From: Moniliella sp. 'wahieum'
Taxonomy: Eukaryota
Reading direction: 5' to 3'
DNA length: 64,000 nucleotides
Assembly (NCBI GenBank): GCA_003971905.1
Contig: RSEE01000054.1
Location: 372,001-436,000, forward strand
Under the pieces are notes generated by a model, which saw only the letters and a program-made list of their open reading frames with translations, was not told the DNA's origin and did no database searches. A program made the translations under genes and the position numbers. Shown one piece after another: positions 12,718 to 24,457 of this stretch (position 1 is its first letter; each line of letters starts with the position of its first letter).

Positions 12718-13052
12718 ATGGTGCGTGCTTGCGTGCCTCTCCTCGCTCGTGTGCGCTGGGGGCCGCGGTGCTGACGCTCTGCTGCTCTCTCTTCTGCTTC
12801 CTCTAGACTCTGGCCGTCGACCTCCTCAACCCCAGCGCGAACAGCAGGCACGGACGCACAAGCTCAAGCTGCTCGTCCAGCAGCCCGCTCGTACTTCCAG
12901 GACATCAAGTGCCCTGGCTGCTTTGCCCTGACCACCGTCTTCTCCCACCCCAGACCGTTGTTGTTTGCGGTTCCTGCTCCCAGGTCCTGGCCACCCCCAC
13001 CGGTGGCAAGGCCCGTCTCACCGAGGGCTGCTCCTTCCGGCGTAAGATGTAA
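12718..13052 (+). CDS. RPS27: 40S ribosomal protein S27 (eS27)
   Basis: ATG, intron 12721-12806 (GTGCGT..GCTGAC..TAG), then [73 protein letters not shown]. Not recovered intact by the ORF track. Confidence 0.95.
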
Positions 13053-13665
13053 AGTGTAAAGCATCTCTCTTGCCGGTTTTTTTTCTGGCACGTGCTCCTC
13101 ATCTTTCCTCTTCGTCATTCTCCCCTTTGCATCTCGGGGTCGGTGGGTCGGTCGTTGCCTGTGGTGTGGGACCTGTTGCCCCGGATGCCTCTACGCTGTC
13201 CCATCCATACCCGGGGCGGCCTGCTGCAACGGCACATACGCAACAGCATCAGCATCAGCAACAGGAACAGCAACAGCACCCTAGCGAGCCTTAACGCTTC
13301 GGCATGTCCGGCCTGGCTGCATCATCCGCTCTTCATTCTTCCCCCTTTCCCCCCCCATCTTGCAGACATGTTGTTGCCGTCTACGGCCCTCAAAAATTGG
13401 CGCCCTGCAACTACGCCTCGACCCCGTTTGTCTTGCCATAGCATTTTTTCCTAGCCAGTTCGACCCCGCGAGGTCACCTGGAGAAAGGCTCGCTGTGTGG
13501 GTAGCCAGCAGTAGCTAGCGAGCTAGTTTGTTTGCCCGTGCATCGAGTGCTGTCGGCAACCCCCACCAAACGAAAAACGAAGGAAGCGGCCCGATGCAAA
13601 TCGAACGGGGGCAGTTGTTCCAGTGGAACCACCTGGAGACTAGGGTGGGTTTTTTTTTTTCAGTT

Positions 13666-13689
13666 TCAACGTTCAACGTTCAATATTCA
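13666..13689. repeat. TCA + 4-bp palindrome heptamer array upstream of ARO2
   Basis: TCA ACGT TCA ACGT TCA ATAT TCA. Confidence 0.85.
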
Positions 13690-13872
13690 ATGGACCATTT
13701 CCGCTGGAATGACTGACTCGTGGCGTGTGGAGGAACATTTGTCGAATATCTCCGTCGACGGGCGTGGGCAAGTCGCCCGATCGGGTCAGCACTTGGGCGT
13801 GGAGCGCCACCGGTTTTCTTTGTTCCACCACCGCTTACCCTTTTGCGCCGCGTTGCTGTCGTCTGCCCCAGC

Positions 13873-15168
13873 ATGTCTACCTTTGGCCGCTTCTTCGCGT
13901 GACTACCTTTGGCGAGTCGCACTGCCCGTCGGTGGGGTGCATTGTGGATGGGTGCCGCCGGGATGGCGCTGCGGAACGAGGATGTGCAGCCGCAGCTGAG
14001 CCGGCGTCGGCCGGGCCGAGCGCGCTCACCACCCCGCGCGACGAGAAGGACCGGGTGGAGATCCAGTCGGGCACGGAGCATGCGTGACGCTCGGCACACC
14101 CGTGGCGATGATTGTGCGCAACCAAGATCAGCGCCCGCACGATACACGGACAAGACTTTGGACCTCCTCTACCCCCGTCCGTCGCATGCTGACTACACGT
14201 ACTTGGTCAAGTACGGCATCAAGGCCTCCTCTGGTGGTGGCCGTTCCTCGGCGCGCGAGACGATTGGCCGTGTGGCCGCAGGCGCAGTGGCAGAGAAGTA
14301 CCTCAAGGAAGCGTTTGGCGTGGAGATTGTTGCGTTTGTCAGCTGGTGGGCAAGGTGCACATCCCGCGCTTCCCTGGTGAGAAGCTCGCCCCGGCACCCA
14401 AGGCCGACGTGCACGACCCTGCGCACCGGCGAGCAGCGTTGACAATGTGGTGGTGTACGATGGTCTGAGTGCGGCCGAGGCAGAGGAACCGTTGAGCCAA
14501 GAGTTCCGTGACTTGCTCAAGTCGGTCACGCGGCCGAGGTGACAAGACGCCGATTCGCTGCCCGCACCCCGCGGCGGCGGAACGGATGGAGCAGCGCATT
14601 CTGCTCGCCAAGAGCAAACACGACTCGATCGGAGGCACAGTGACGTGTGTCATTCGCGGTCTGCCGCCGGGCTCGGGGAGCCCGTGTTTGACAAGTTGGA
14701 GGCCGTCTTGGCCCACGCCATGCTCCCATTCCCGAACCAAGGCGTTTGAGTTTGGTTCGGGCCTGGCGGTACCGAGGTGCCGGGCAGTCAGTCGGCACAA
14801 CGATGCGTTTTTCGCCAAGCCCGATGGCACGCTGGGAACCACGACGAATTGGTCGGGAGGTGTGCAGGGGGGCATCACCAATGGCGAAGACATTTACTTC
14901 CGCGTCGGCTTCAAGCCCCTGCCACCATCTCCCAAGACCAACAACCACGGCGTACGACGGTACTGAAGGTGTGCTCAAGACGCCGTGGGCGGCATGACCC
15001 TTGCGTTGTTCCCCGCGCGGTGCCCATTGTGGAGTCCATGGCTGCGCTGACGGTCATTGACGAGCTGTGGGCCAGGATGCTCGCCAATTGGCCCGCCTCG
15101 CGTCTCAACCCGGCGGTTGTGGCAGGGTTGCCCGCAGCATGAAGCTGCCCAAGCACAGGACGGCCTGA
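13873..15168 (+). CDS. ARO2: Chorismate synthase
   Basis: [114 protein letters not shown]. Confidence 0.97.
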
Positions 15169-18100
15169 GACGAAGGCCAAACGCCCGCTGTTTCCGTCAA
15201 CTTAAAATGCACTTTTTTACAGAAGTACACGTTCCATCTTAAGAGTTTTAGTGTAGTCTGCACCCTCTGATTCCACGGCTCTACGCGCCCAAGCACCTGC
15301 TTTGAGCATGTGCAATGCAACAGCACCCGACTCACATTCGTAAAGCCCAGCGTCGTCGTGAAAACGTCAATCCCACATGTGTAATCGCTTTCGTGCGCAA
15401 CTGAGCGGGAAGTACAACTGTGTCGTGCTTGGACACCATGCCTGTCCCCACCACTATCACGGGCTCCCGATGACGGATCTGTTAACCTAATGCTACCGAC
15501 ATTGGCGTGCACACCACCGTAGATCTTGCAGCCGAAGATGTTTACTCTCTGACCGATACCCAAGTCGCTGCACGAGGGATACACGACGGTCCTAATCACT
15601 CGATCTGCTTCCTACTGATCACGGGGGCTGCATCTTCGCCTCCTCCAGATCTGACCAAAAGTCATCATTCTCACACAAACCATTGGTGGTGGACAGAGAC
15701 CGGCGGAGCTAGCAACCTCTTCCTGTACGGCCCAACCCCAACACCAATGTGTATATTAGCAGTCCCCCCCGAACATGTACCAGCTTCCTTCGCCTTATTG
15801 AGGTTGTGACGGGGTTGACCCCATGTACACACCCTGACTCCCCCTTCCCCTTCCCCATGCCTGGCACCCCTGCTTGGCAAAAGATGGAGGCAAAACATCA
15901 CAGAAGAGGAGTAGACAACTATGAGTAGAGAACGTGCTATAGTATACCCAAGTGGGATAGGACGTCCCCCCTCTGATCGATCCCCATCTAGTCACTTCAC
16001 TTTCTATATTCTGTCTCACTGAGAGCAGTCCCATTCGTCCCACCCCTTGTTCCATTATCATACGTGTACGTAGCCGTCTTTCTCCCGCCCCCCACCACCT
16101 CTTCATCATCAGTCTTCTCTGATCTGCAACGACAACGACCGCCAGCTTCTACAGTGGTGCACAGGTGTCGAGCTCGTCCAAACGCGCCTTGCCCTACAGC
16201 CCCATCTCTTGACGTACCAGCATCGCCCAGCACAGCCAGCCCGACACATTTCGATCTTCCTGTGGCGCAGAGACCGTCACCACGCCGTCATCAGCTCTCG
16301 CTTCGACATCCGTCGTCGTCCTTCAGCACCGTCCCTTCGTCACCCTCCTCAGGAGTTGATGGGCCCGTCCCCTCTCACTGTATCCGAAACACAACCCCAC
16401 CTCTGGTGTGGAGCGCAAACGCAAGCGCGAGCATGAGGACGAGGACGAGAGCGAAGACGACAATGAAGATGCGGATACGAAGTTTTGTGGATGAATCGAC
16501 ACTAACTCAAAATTGTCAACAAGGTACTGAACCATGTTTGCTTGCCTGAGATAACCGCCTCAGCGCGCCTATGCTGGTGCTGAGAAGCCTCAGGCGCGTT
16601 CCTGCTCCCTCCTACCATTCAAGATGAAAAGGAACGGGCCAGTATCCCCATCAATTTGAGTGACCACTGAAACGCTAACCCTGATCGTGGGAATGTGTAG
16701 CCTCTTACTTCGGCGAGCGAAGGATATGACGAGGATGATGCGTTGGAGGTGCACGCTCCGCCAACACTTTGGTGTCACGCAAGGTCTTGGTCTGGCCAAT
16801 ATGTGATTATTGGCGATGGTGTTCGCGCTCAGCGGTATAAGATCACGAATTGCCAGGGCAAGACCAACCGAGTACGGGGGGAAGTTTCGGCCCTCAGTGA
16901 CATGGTCACCAACTAACAGAGAAGATGAATAGGTTGAGTATAGCGCCGACAAGGCCAGGCGCACCGAGGCGTTGCGTCTTCACACCCAGAGCCTGCATGC
17001 ACAGCCGGCGCCATTGAACACGGCTTGTGTCCGTGGTTCTCTACCAACCGCCGGCGGCTGTGCATTGTGTTGGACAGCAATAGGGCACCTGTGCTCGTGG
17101 ACTACTTTCTCAAACGTCACCTCCACGGCCGTCGCCTCTCCCTGGAATACATTTAGTCAGCATCATGAAACGAACCCTTCAGTTTTTCTCGTCGCCTCGA
17201 TCCATGCGAAACTGCGTCCATATTGGGCACGGACGCTTACCGCAGAGAAGACGTCTTGTTGAACAGCACTTGCGCCCATCCCCGATCCTCCACGCCTGGC
17301 CAGATGATTTATTTCCTTTCCTCTTCGATGGTCCACGTGATCGACAGAGACGAGCCACTTCTCGTGCACAGTTCAGCATGAAGCCAATAGTATCCTCTCC
17401 TTGATGCAATAAACTGTGCGGTATCCCTTCCGACCAAAGCTGGCTTGGTGGGTCGCTCACTCGTCCTCCGTGTTGGTCCGTCGGCATCCATGCGCGCATA
17501 CGCAACGGATCTTATTGTTTGGGTATGATCCCACTCCAAATCGGTACTATAGGGACATAATATAGTACAACGGCAGTTTCCCTCAGAATCTCCCCCTACT
17601 CTCTCTTACGGCACACCTATACCACCCTGTGAACCCATCTTGCCTTCGTCGGTGGTTTGTGCGACTATTGCCATTACCCGACGTCCACACTCACGCTCTC
17701 CATAATACCCCCTCATGGCGACCCCTCAAGAGGACTGCCGAAGACGTGCTCACTCACGGGCAACAACGAACCAAATGCCCTGCAGTTAAACAGAGCCCCA
17801 GGATACGGTGGTCTGCTCCTGCAAAGCTCCCGCCATAATTGATAAAGGCTCTTTATCAACCTCCTACCCCCCCCCTGAGCCTTTTGAAAACCTCTCAGCT
17901 CGTATTGGATGGGGATGTTGCATTACATATGTGCCTCTGTGATGGATTTGTTCTCCTCCTGCGTTACTCCCTTCTCTGTTGGCAATGCCTCCCTCCCCCA
18001 GGTCAGTTCTATGATCATAGTACGGCTTCTCAATGCTGCTGTCGAGGACGACGATGGACACTCCATAATATTGCATGAGCAACGTCCGCATTACCAATGG

Positions 18101-19089
18101 CCAAAGCGCTGCCATCACAACGTGAGATGTTGGCTTTGGGATTGGGACTGTATCCTGGGCGCCACCCGAAGAAGCCATCGCGGCGTCAATGCTCAGAATA
18201 TATCAACAGCAAACCGTTGTCCAGATAGATGAGTGTGTTTTGTTGTCTGCTGTCCTAAGGGGACTTGGGCCTGCTGGCTCCTCGACGGGGAGCAGTTGCA
18301 GCAAGGGGAAGAAGAGGTGGGACAAGGGGGACGGATGGATAAGAGGGAGGATTTCGGTGATGCTAAGGACGGTGGGTTCCGGTTTTGATGACGGGGAAAG
18401 TACGACTATTCTCACAATTCTCACGGTTCTACAGGTCTCATGGCGGCCATGCTGATATTAGGAGCTGTGGCCAGAAGTCGCCCCGATCGCCCCTCAACCC
18501 TTGTATTCGCCGTGCCAGAAAGGGAGGGTAAAGCCCGCCATCACCCGGGAAAGGGGAACATCGCTTACGAGCAATACAACAGCAACACGCCCCCCCCCCG
18601 CGCTCAGTCTCCTTAACAAAAGGGAGTTGAGGATGTTGACCGGTCAACCCCGGCGTTGTTGGAATTTCCCCTCCTGTCTAATCTCTATCCGACTGGTATA
18701 AACGTTGGCAAAGCGAAGCAGACGAAGCAACCGAGACGCCTGCGACTCAAGGCTGCAAAGCTCCGCGGCGCCAAAAGAATATGATCCACTGCGATATCAC
18801 TTGTTCGTATATGTATACTATCCAAATCCACCATCTGCCTCCCGTTCCTATATCTCACGTTTCGTTACTATCACATTAGTTCAAAAAGGGTGCCCGTTTT
18901 CCTTCTCACGCTCTTGGTCCATGTCAGATCCCCCCTGCTCGGATATACGTTCGATATACCCTCTGTTGGACGGGGTAGATACCCTTGGCGCACGGGTCGC
19001 TGCGCTCTGCGCGGGAGGCGGGGCTTTTGAACGTGTGTGGAAGCCTGTTGAGAGGCCTGGGAGACTGGTGCCATTCCGTTTGGCTGAAC

Positions 19090-19420
19090 CCAACGTTGAA
19101 TAACGTATTCGTACGTTGAACGTATACGCGTGGAACGTGTGGAGAGTAGAAAACTGTGGACGCATGCTACTCACACGTGCATGTGATGCATGATGTCACC
19201 CGTGTCACATGACACAGGTCACAATCTCATTGCATTTTCAGGAGAGCCATCAGTGAGTGCATGAGATGCGTGACACTGTGACGGACCGCATGTCACCTGA
19301 CCGGTGACATGCGACATGTGACATGTGACATGTGACAGGTGATCATCGTCAGCGCGTCAGCAATCATGTAATCACTATAGTACCTAGTTACTGGTTACCG
19401 GTTACCAGTTACCGGTTTCG
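19090..19420. repeat. Cluster of TNA + palindrome heptamer arrays
   Basis: (TGTGACA)x3 at 19317-19337; CTAG TTA CTGG TTA CCGG TTA CCAG TTA CCGG at 19384-19415. Confidence 0.9.
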
Positions 19421-20867
19421 CTCAGACCCTCAGACCTCCTTCGACTCATCGATCCATTACACAGTGAGCTGCGACGGCGACCGCCTATATAGGGCCCTAA
19501 GCACTACGCCCCACCCAGTATATAGTGTGTAGTATAGGATCAGTATGGGAGGAAGGATGGGAAGTGACACCAAGTCGGGAGGGTGGACGGGAAATCTGGC
19601 ATATATATATAGTGCACATAGTGCTACATGCTGAAAAGATGAGTGTGACGCGGGACGTCGGATGTGGCTGGCCCCCCTCTGATGAGAGTGACCCGGTGAT
19701 ATCTTCCCGGTTGCCAGTACCGGTTACCCTTGGTCACCACGGTAACCCTTCCATCAATGTGACGTTCAGGGTGTGGACCCCCTCTCTGCTATAGTGCGAC
19801 TCGGGAGCACTCGGCAATCTTATGGATCAGCTGCAAAGCAGCTCTGAAGTCAGACAAGGCGTGTGAAGCATGAAGCTTGAAGGGTGGAGCCACAAAAAAA
19901 ACCTTGAAGAAGCTCATTGAATATTGAAAACGTCTGAAGGGACAAGAGACGGACATCTCATTAGAAATGAGGGAGTTGGAGCGAGTAGTGCAGGGGGTGC
20001 GCAGCCTGCGAGTGCAATTGTTCCTCCCGGATAGGCGAGCGTCACCGATCAATCTGGGGCCGTGCAGGGGAACTGCAGCACTATACTCCTGCACTCTCTT
20101 CTCTCCTCTCGTCCGTGTCAGGCGTCAGGCGTCAGGCCTGCTGAGTGGTCGCCCAATAAAGCATCAGTGCATTAGCATATCTCTCCCTTTGTACGCCATC
20201 GCTTTCCTTCTGTGTCGTTTCATATCATTTGCAGAGCTTATTTTATATATTACGAGGCTCAAAGGATGGAAAAGAAGCACACACGCTTTTGAATAGTGAG
20301 GACACTATGGATATCTGAGTAATCTACAGCACCTATAAAAGCAAAGAACTACCGCATAGCGATGTACAGGCATCTGTGTCACAAATGATCATAATTGATG
20401 CATTGAAGATAAGAAGGGCAGGGAACATGATATAGAGAAAAAGGTAGAGAATCAATGAGATCAATAAGCGCAAGAGAAATTAATTGTGTAGAAGAGATAA
20501 ACCAGATTCGTGTGCGGATGAGAGCACAAGAAAGGGAGAGAGAGATACAATAAACGAAGAGGAAGGAGCAGCGTTAAAAAAAAGACGTCTCCGGTGTGTC
20601 CCACAGTTGAGGGCTATACACAAGATTCGAGGGAGATCATCATGTTGAGACCCGCGGTCCCAGACATAGTAGGCAAAAAGAAACTGTCAACGAATGACTA
20701 AGCTTGCTCCAATTTCCATTCTGCATTCTGTGTCTCTCGCTCTTCCCCTTCCTTTTGCTTCCGTTCTCTGCCATGCCTTCTGTTTCCTTCCACGAACGAA
20801 CTTGCCTTTCCCCTCGGCTTTGACAAGCACCTCATTACCCTATTTCCCCTTTTTGACCGTCGAAGAA

Positions 20868-21023
20868 GCCTCCATGTGTAGACTCTCCACCTGTTCGAAC
20901 CCATGCCTCTTCCAGATGGGGAAGAAGGGTTATATTACCCTAACCACCACCGTTATTGCGATTGCATTGCTCTGCCTTTCCAGAGGTTCACTATCCAAAT
21001 CCTTGGATTTCTGCGGTCTTACA
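20868..21023 (+). mobile_element. Second, diverged copy of the LTR-like terminus
   Basis: Aligns by eye (roughly 70-75% identity) to the reverse complement of 441-599. Shared blocks TGTTCGAACCC, AAGGGTTATAT, GCGATTGCATT, CCAGAGGTTC, CAAATCCTTG, and the same end CGGTCTTACA. Confidence 0.75.
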
Positions 21024-21960
21024 GGAGACTATAGAATTGGTACAAAAAGGACGGGAAATGCAGCAATCACTGACCGGGAAAACGAACAGAGCATAAGGAG
21101 CGGCGTATAAAAGAGCAGGAAGGAAAAGTCGCTGGTATCCCACTAATATTATATAGTGTCCTTTGGGCTAGTGTCACTCCCCTTCCTTCTTCCTCTTCTC
21201 TTCCACAGTCTGGGCCGGAGCCAGCTCCCTTTACTTCCTTCATCCAATGTATAACTGCACTTAGGACATCTTTGTGGGGAACGAGTGTCACGGTCCTCTT
21301 AACTAATCAGGGGATTCTTCTCACCACTCGTCTTCCCGCCGATCCTGTTCTCCCTTCTCCCACCAGTGCATCTTTGGCTTCCCTTGGTACTTGGTCTCAC
21401 TCGTATTCGCCCGACTCTTACAACAAGGGCCATTTTCATGACACCCGTCCCGGCATCACTAGTGACTCCACCCTCTCTCAGACCCCATCATCAAAATGTC
21501 CCTCGAAGCATGAAGTAAACTGAGTACTGAGTGTTGAGTATCTAAGTACTGGGTTGTCGTGTCCCAACACGTTTTAAGCATCGAGCAACGATAAACGGAA
21601 AACGTTAAACCCCAACACAGCTCTCCATTATCCGGGAACGAATGATGCACGTCCCAGCTATTCGCAAAAAAAAACCACATCACAGCAACCGCGCGGCGTG
21701 TCTGTATAATTTCTCTGGGGTTGGTTCTCATGTGTGCCCTCGTGCTCTGGCCATCGCAGCAAAACAACAGAGGGGTCGGAGCAAATCCGTTTATCGTGGC
21801 ATAGAACAAAAGGGATGGACAAGAGGCCGATGTGGAGGCCGAGACGGATTTTATATGAGTGGGTGTGGCGCATTATACACTGTGTTCTGAAGCTATTATG
21901 GCGCTGACTTTCTTGGGAGATATCAGGATCACCGATCACAAATGTTAATGATAGGCGCAT

Positions 21961-22933
21961 GGTGACCGGTGACCGGTGACCGGTGACCTGGGTCCGGGTG
22001 ATACAGTGATGCATTTGGAGAAAGCGCGAAAATCAGGGACACAGTTACCGAATAAGGAGTGATGTTAATGCATAACGCATGGTGGTGCATAGTGGGAAGT
22101 GGTCCCATAGGGTCAAAACACGGCTAGTGGCTGCCTATGTTGGGGAATGGAGGCGATTACTGTCTCGCCGTGATGCATGATGCATGATGCATCATTGATG
22201 CTGGGGTGGCAGCTGGTAACCGGTAACCGCCGGCGTATTGGCCTGTGGTGGATACTTGGGTTCCGCGCTTGGCATATCGCGACACGTCCAGCTATACCGC
22301 TCATGGCTCCAAAGAGACCTTAAGGCCTAATGTCCTAAGGCCTAAGGCTTAGGCCTAATGGCACGCTGTAGGGCCAAACAATCACGTCCTCACATGTTTT
22401 AAATCACACGTGTCACACATGTCACAACGCCTCTTCTTAGAAACCCTCAGACAGAAGGGGTCTTGTTGTTCTGAACACCATATGTCTTTTCTCATCGATA
22501 TCATTTCGCCTCCGGCCTGAGCCTTTGGCATCAGGCCCCCAGGGACCTGACCTCAGGCCTCATCGATATCCACCTCATCGACCTCATCGACCCCATCGAA
22601 TCGGCCTCATCGATCTCATCGAGATCGTCTTCTCTCTTCAGCGCATTCACAAATTGTCTCGGCGTTGTTTGCCCAACCGGAGCTTGAGGGATCAGAAAAG
22701 GGGGATATGACAGGGTGGACAGGGTGGGACTTGCAGCGGGGCCGAGGGGGGCCGAGGAGTGGATACCCCACTCAGAGGTTGTGGAAGCCGATGCATCACT
22801 GATGTGTCAAGTACAACGCTAATAGTAACGTTCGATGGACGTCGGACTTCGAGAGAGCTTAATGCCAAAAGTTGAAGAGGCGCTGAAGCTTTGAAGGTTG
22901 GATCAAGCCTGAAGTCACTAGTCACTAGTCACT
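21961..22933. repeat. Cluster of TNA + palindrome heptamer arrays
   Basis: (GGTGACC)x4 21961-21988; (CATGATG)x2 22176-22189; (GGTAACC)x2 22215-22228; (CCTAAGG)x2 22334-22347; (AGTCACT)x3 22913-22933. Confidence 0.9.
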
Positions 22934-23699
22934 AGTCGACCTTGACTTCATCAAAGACCTTCACGCTCTTGACGTGTCCTGTTCCTACTCAGTATGTCTA
23001 ATTGGTTCTTTCATCCTGTGTGTGGTCCTTATACCCGCGCCTATTATTACTGAAGCGGAGAGTCCACACTACGATTTACTTGAAAGCCTAGGAACCTCTT
23101 TAACTATTTTCAGCACCTCGCCCTGTGCTCCTGCTACGAAGAGATCGCGATCCCTCCGTCAACAGATTCCGGGTGCACAGAGCGCGAAAATGTTTGGGGG
23201 AAAATAATGCAGGACTTTGGTGAAGGGCAGATGCGAGGAAAACAAAACATTAATAAGAGGCAGTCATGTGGCCACACCCCCGTAGAAAATGATGGGTAAT
23301 CCGGTAGGGTAGTCTCCCGGTAACCCTCGGTAAGCCCAAAGCGCCATAATACCGGAAACCTTGTGAACAAACCATGAATCACATCCAGAAATGTATATCA
23401 TCCTTTTACCTCGTCGACAACCCAAACGGCAGTCCTTTCCTCTTCTCCATGGAGGTGCATATATGTGAGGGTGGTGAAGCTGAAGCTTCATGCATGAAGC
23501 TTGCAGCAGAGAGGGTGAATAAGTGTGCCCTAAGGCTTCCCTACCATTAGTAGTTGGACAGTCGCGCTTTTGCGTTGGCTGGTTTGTGAAATGTGAATGG
23601 CCTCGGTCACCTGGGGCCTGACCGGGACCGCAGATGTGGCCAAATCTCCCTCCCTCCCTCCCCCATCCCTTTATGTGGTTCCTTCCATTCAATGTCATA

Positions 23700-24340
23700 A
23701 TATGCAGGCGTTGTTGAATATTCAGCTGAAGCTTCAACTTGAAGCCTGAACCTGAGGCCCATCAGGGCTCAGCGCTGTTGAGGCTCAACGCTCAACGAGC
23801 GCTCAGCTGAGCCTCATGCCTCACGCCTCAGCCTGAGGCCTCAGGCTCCAACAGGCTCCAAGGCCGTTACATGCCGTTGCAGGAGGTTACATGCTACAGG
23901 TGACCGGTGGCTGTTGAACGTTGAACACGTTGAACGTTGAACGTTGAACGTACTTGTGACATGTATGACATGTGACATGATGACAATTGATTGTGATTAT
24001 CACGGTAGTCACCGTGATAAGCTTCTATGACCCCTGTACCACATATACAAAAGCGTTAACTACTCTTTGAGAGACCAGCTTGGACAAGATGAGACTGTTC
24101 CTGGAAGTAATTTATTGGTGAAACCCGAGACCTTAAGGCTTTTCAACGTTGAACGTATAGTAATGAGAACGTTGACGATGTTGAGAACATTGACTCCGCC
24201 TCACACAGCCCTCAACGTCCTCAACCCTCGGCCTCAACTCTCAGAACTCAATCTCAACCCTCAGGCCTCAAGGCCTTAACGTTCAACCGTTCAACTTGAA
24301 CCCTCAACCCTCTCAGGCCTCAGGCCTTAACCCTCAATCG
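23700..24340. repeat. Cluster of TNA + palindrome heptamer arrays
   Basis: (GTTGAAC)x5 with one 2-bp interruption at 23913-23949; many TGA AGCT, TCA GGCC, TGA CATG and TCA ACGT units. Confidence 0.85.
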
Positions 24341-24348
24341 TTGACACA

Positions 24349-24457
24349 TTATAAGACGAGGAAGTGCTATTGGATGATATTTTTAGCGCCTTGGCAGCCT
24401 TTTCGCTTGTGCTTCTGTTGGGGGGGTAGTGCTAGGCTTCACCTGCTCGTTATAAGA
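24349..24457. mobile_element. Tiny MITE-like insertion (93 bp) with 8-bp TSD
   Basis: TTATAAGA at 24349-24356 and 24450-24457 flank 24357-24449. The insert ends are imperfect inverted repeats (CGAGGAAGTG vs reverse complement CGAGCAGGTG, 8/10). Confidence 0.45.

Noticed and set aside
13455..13475. GTTCGACCC T-loop-like motif suggesting a tRNA
   Set aside because: No T-stem, D-arm or acceptor-stem pairing around it.
23303..23315. 13-bp match GTAGGGTAGTCTC with about 53734
   Set aside because: Flanks do not align; too short to support a repeat family.
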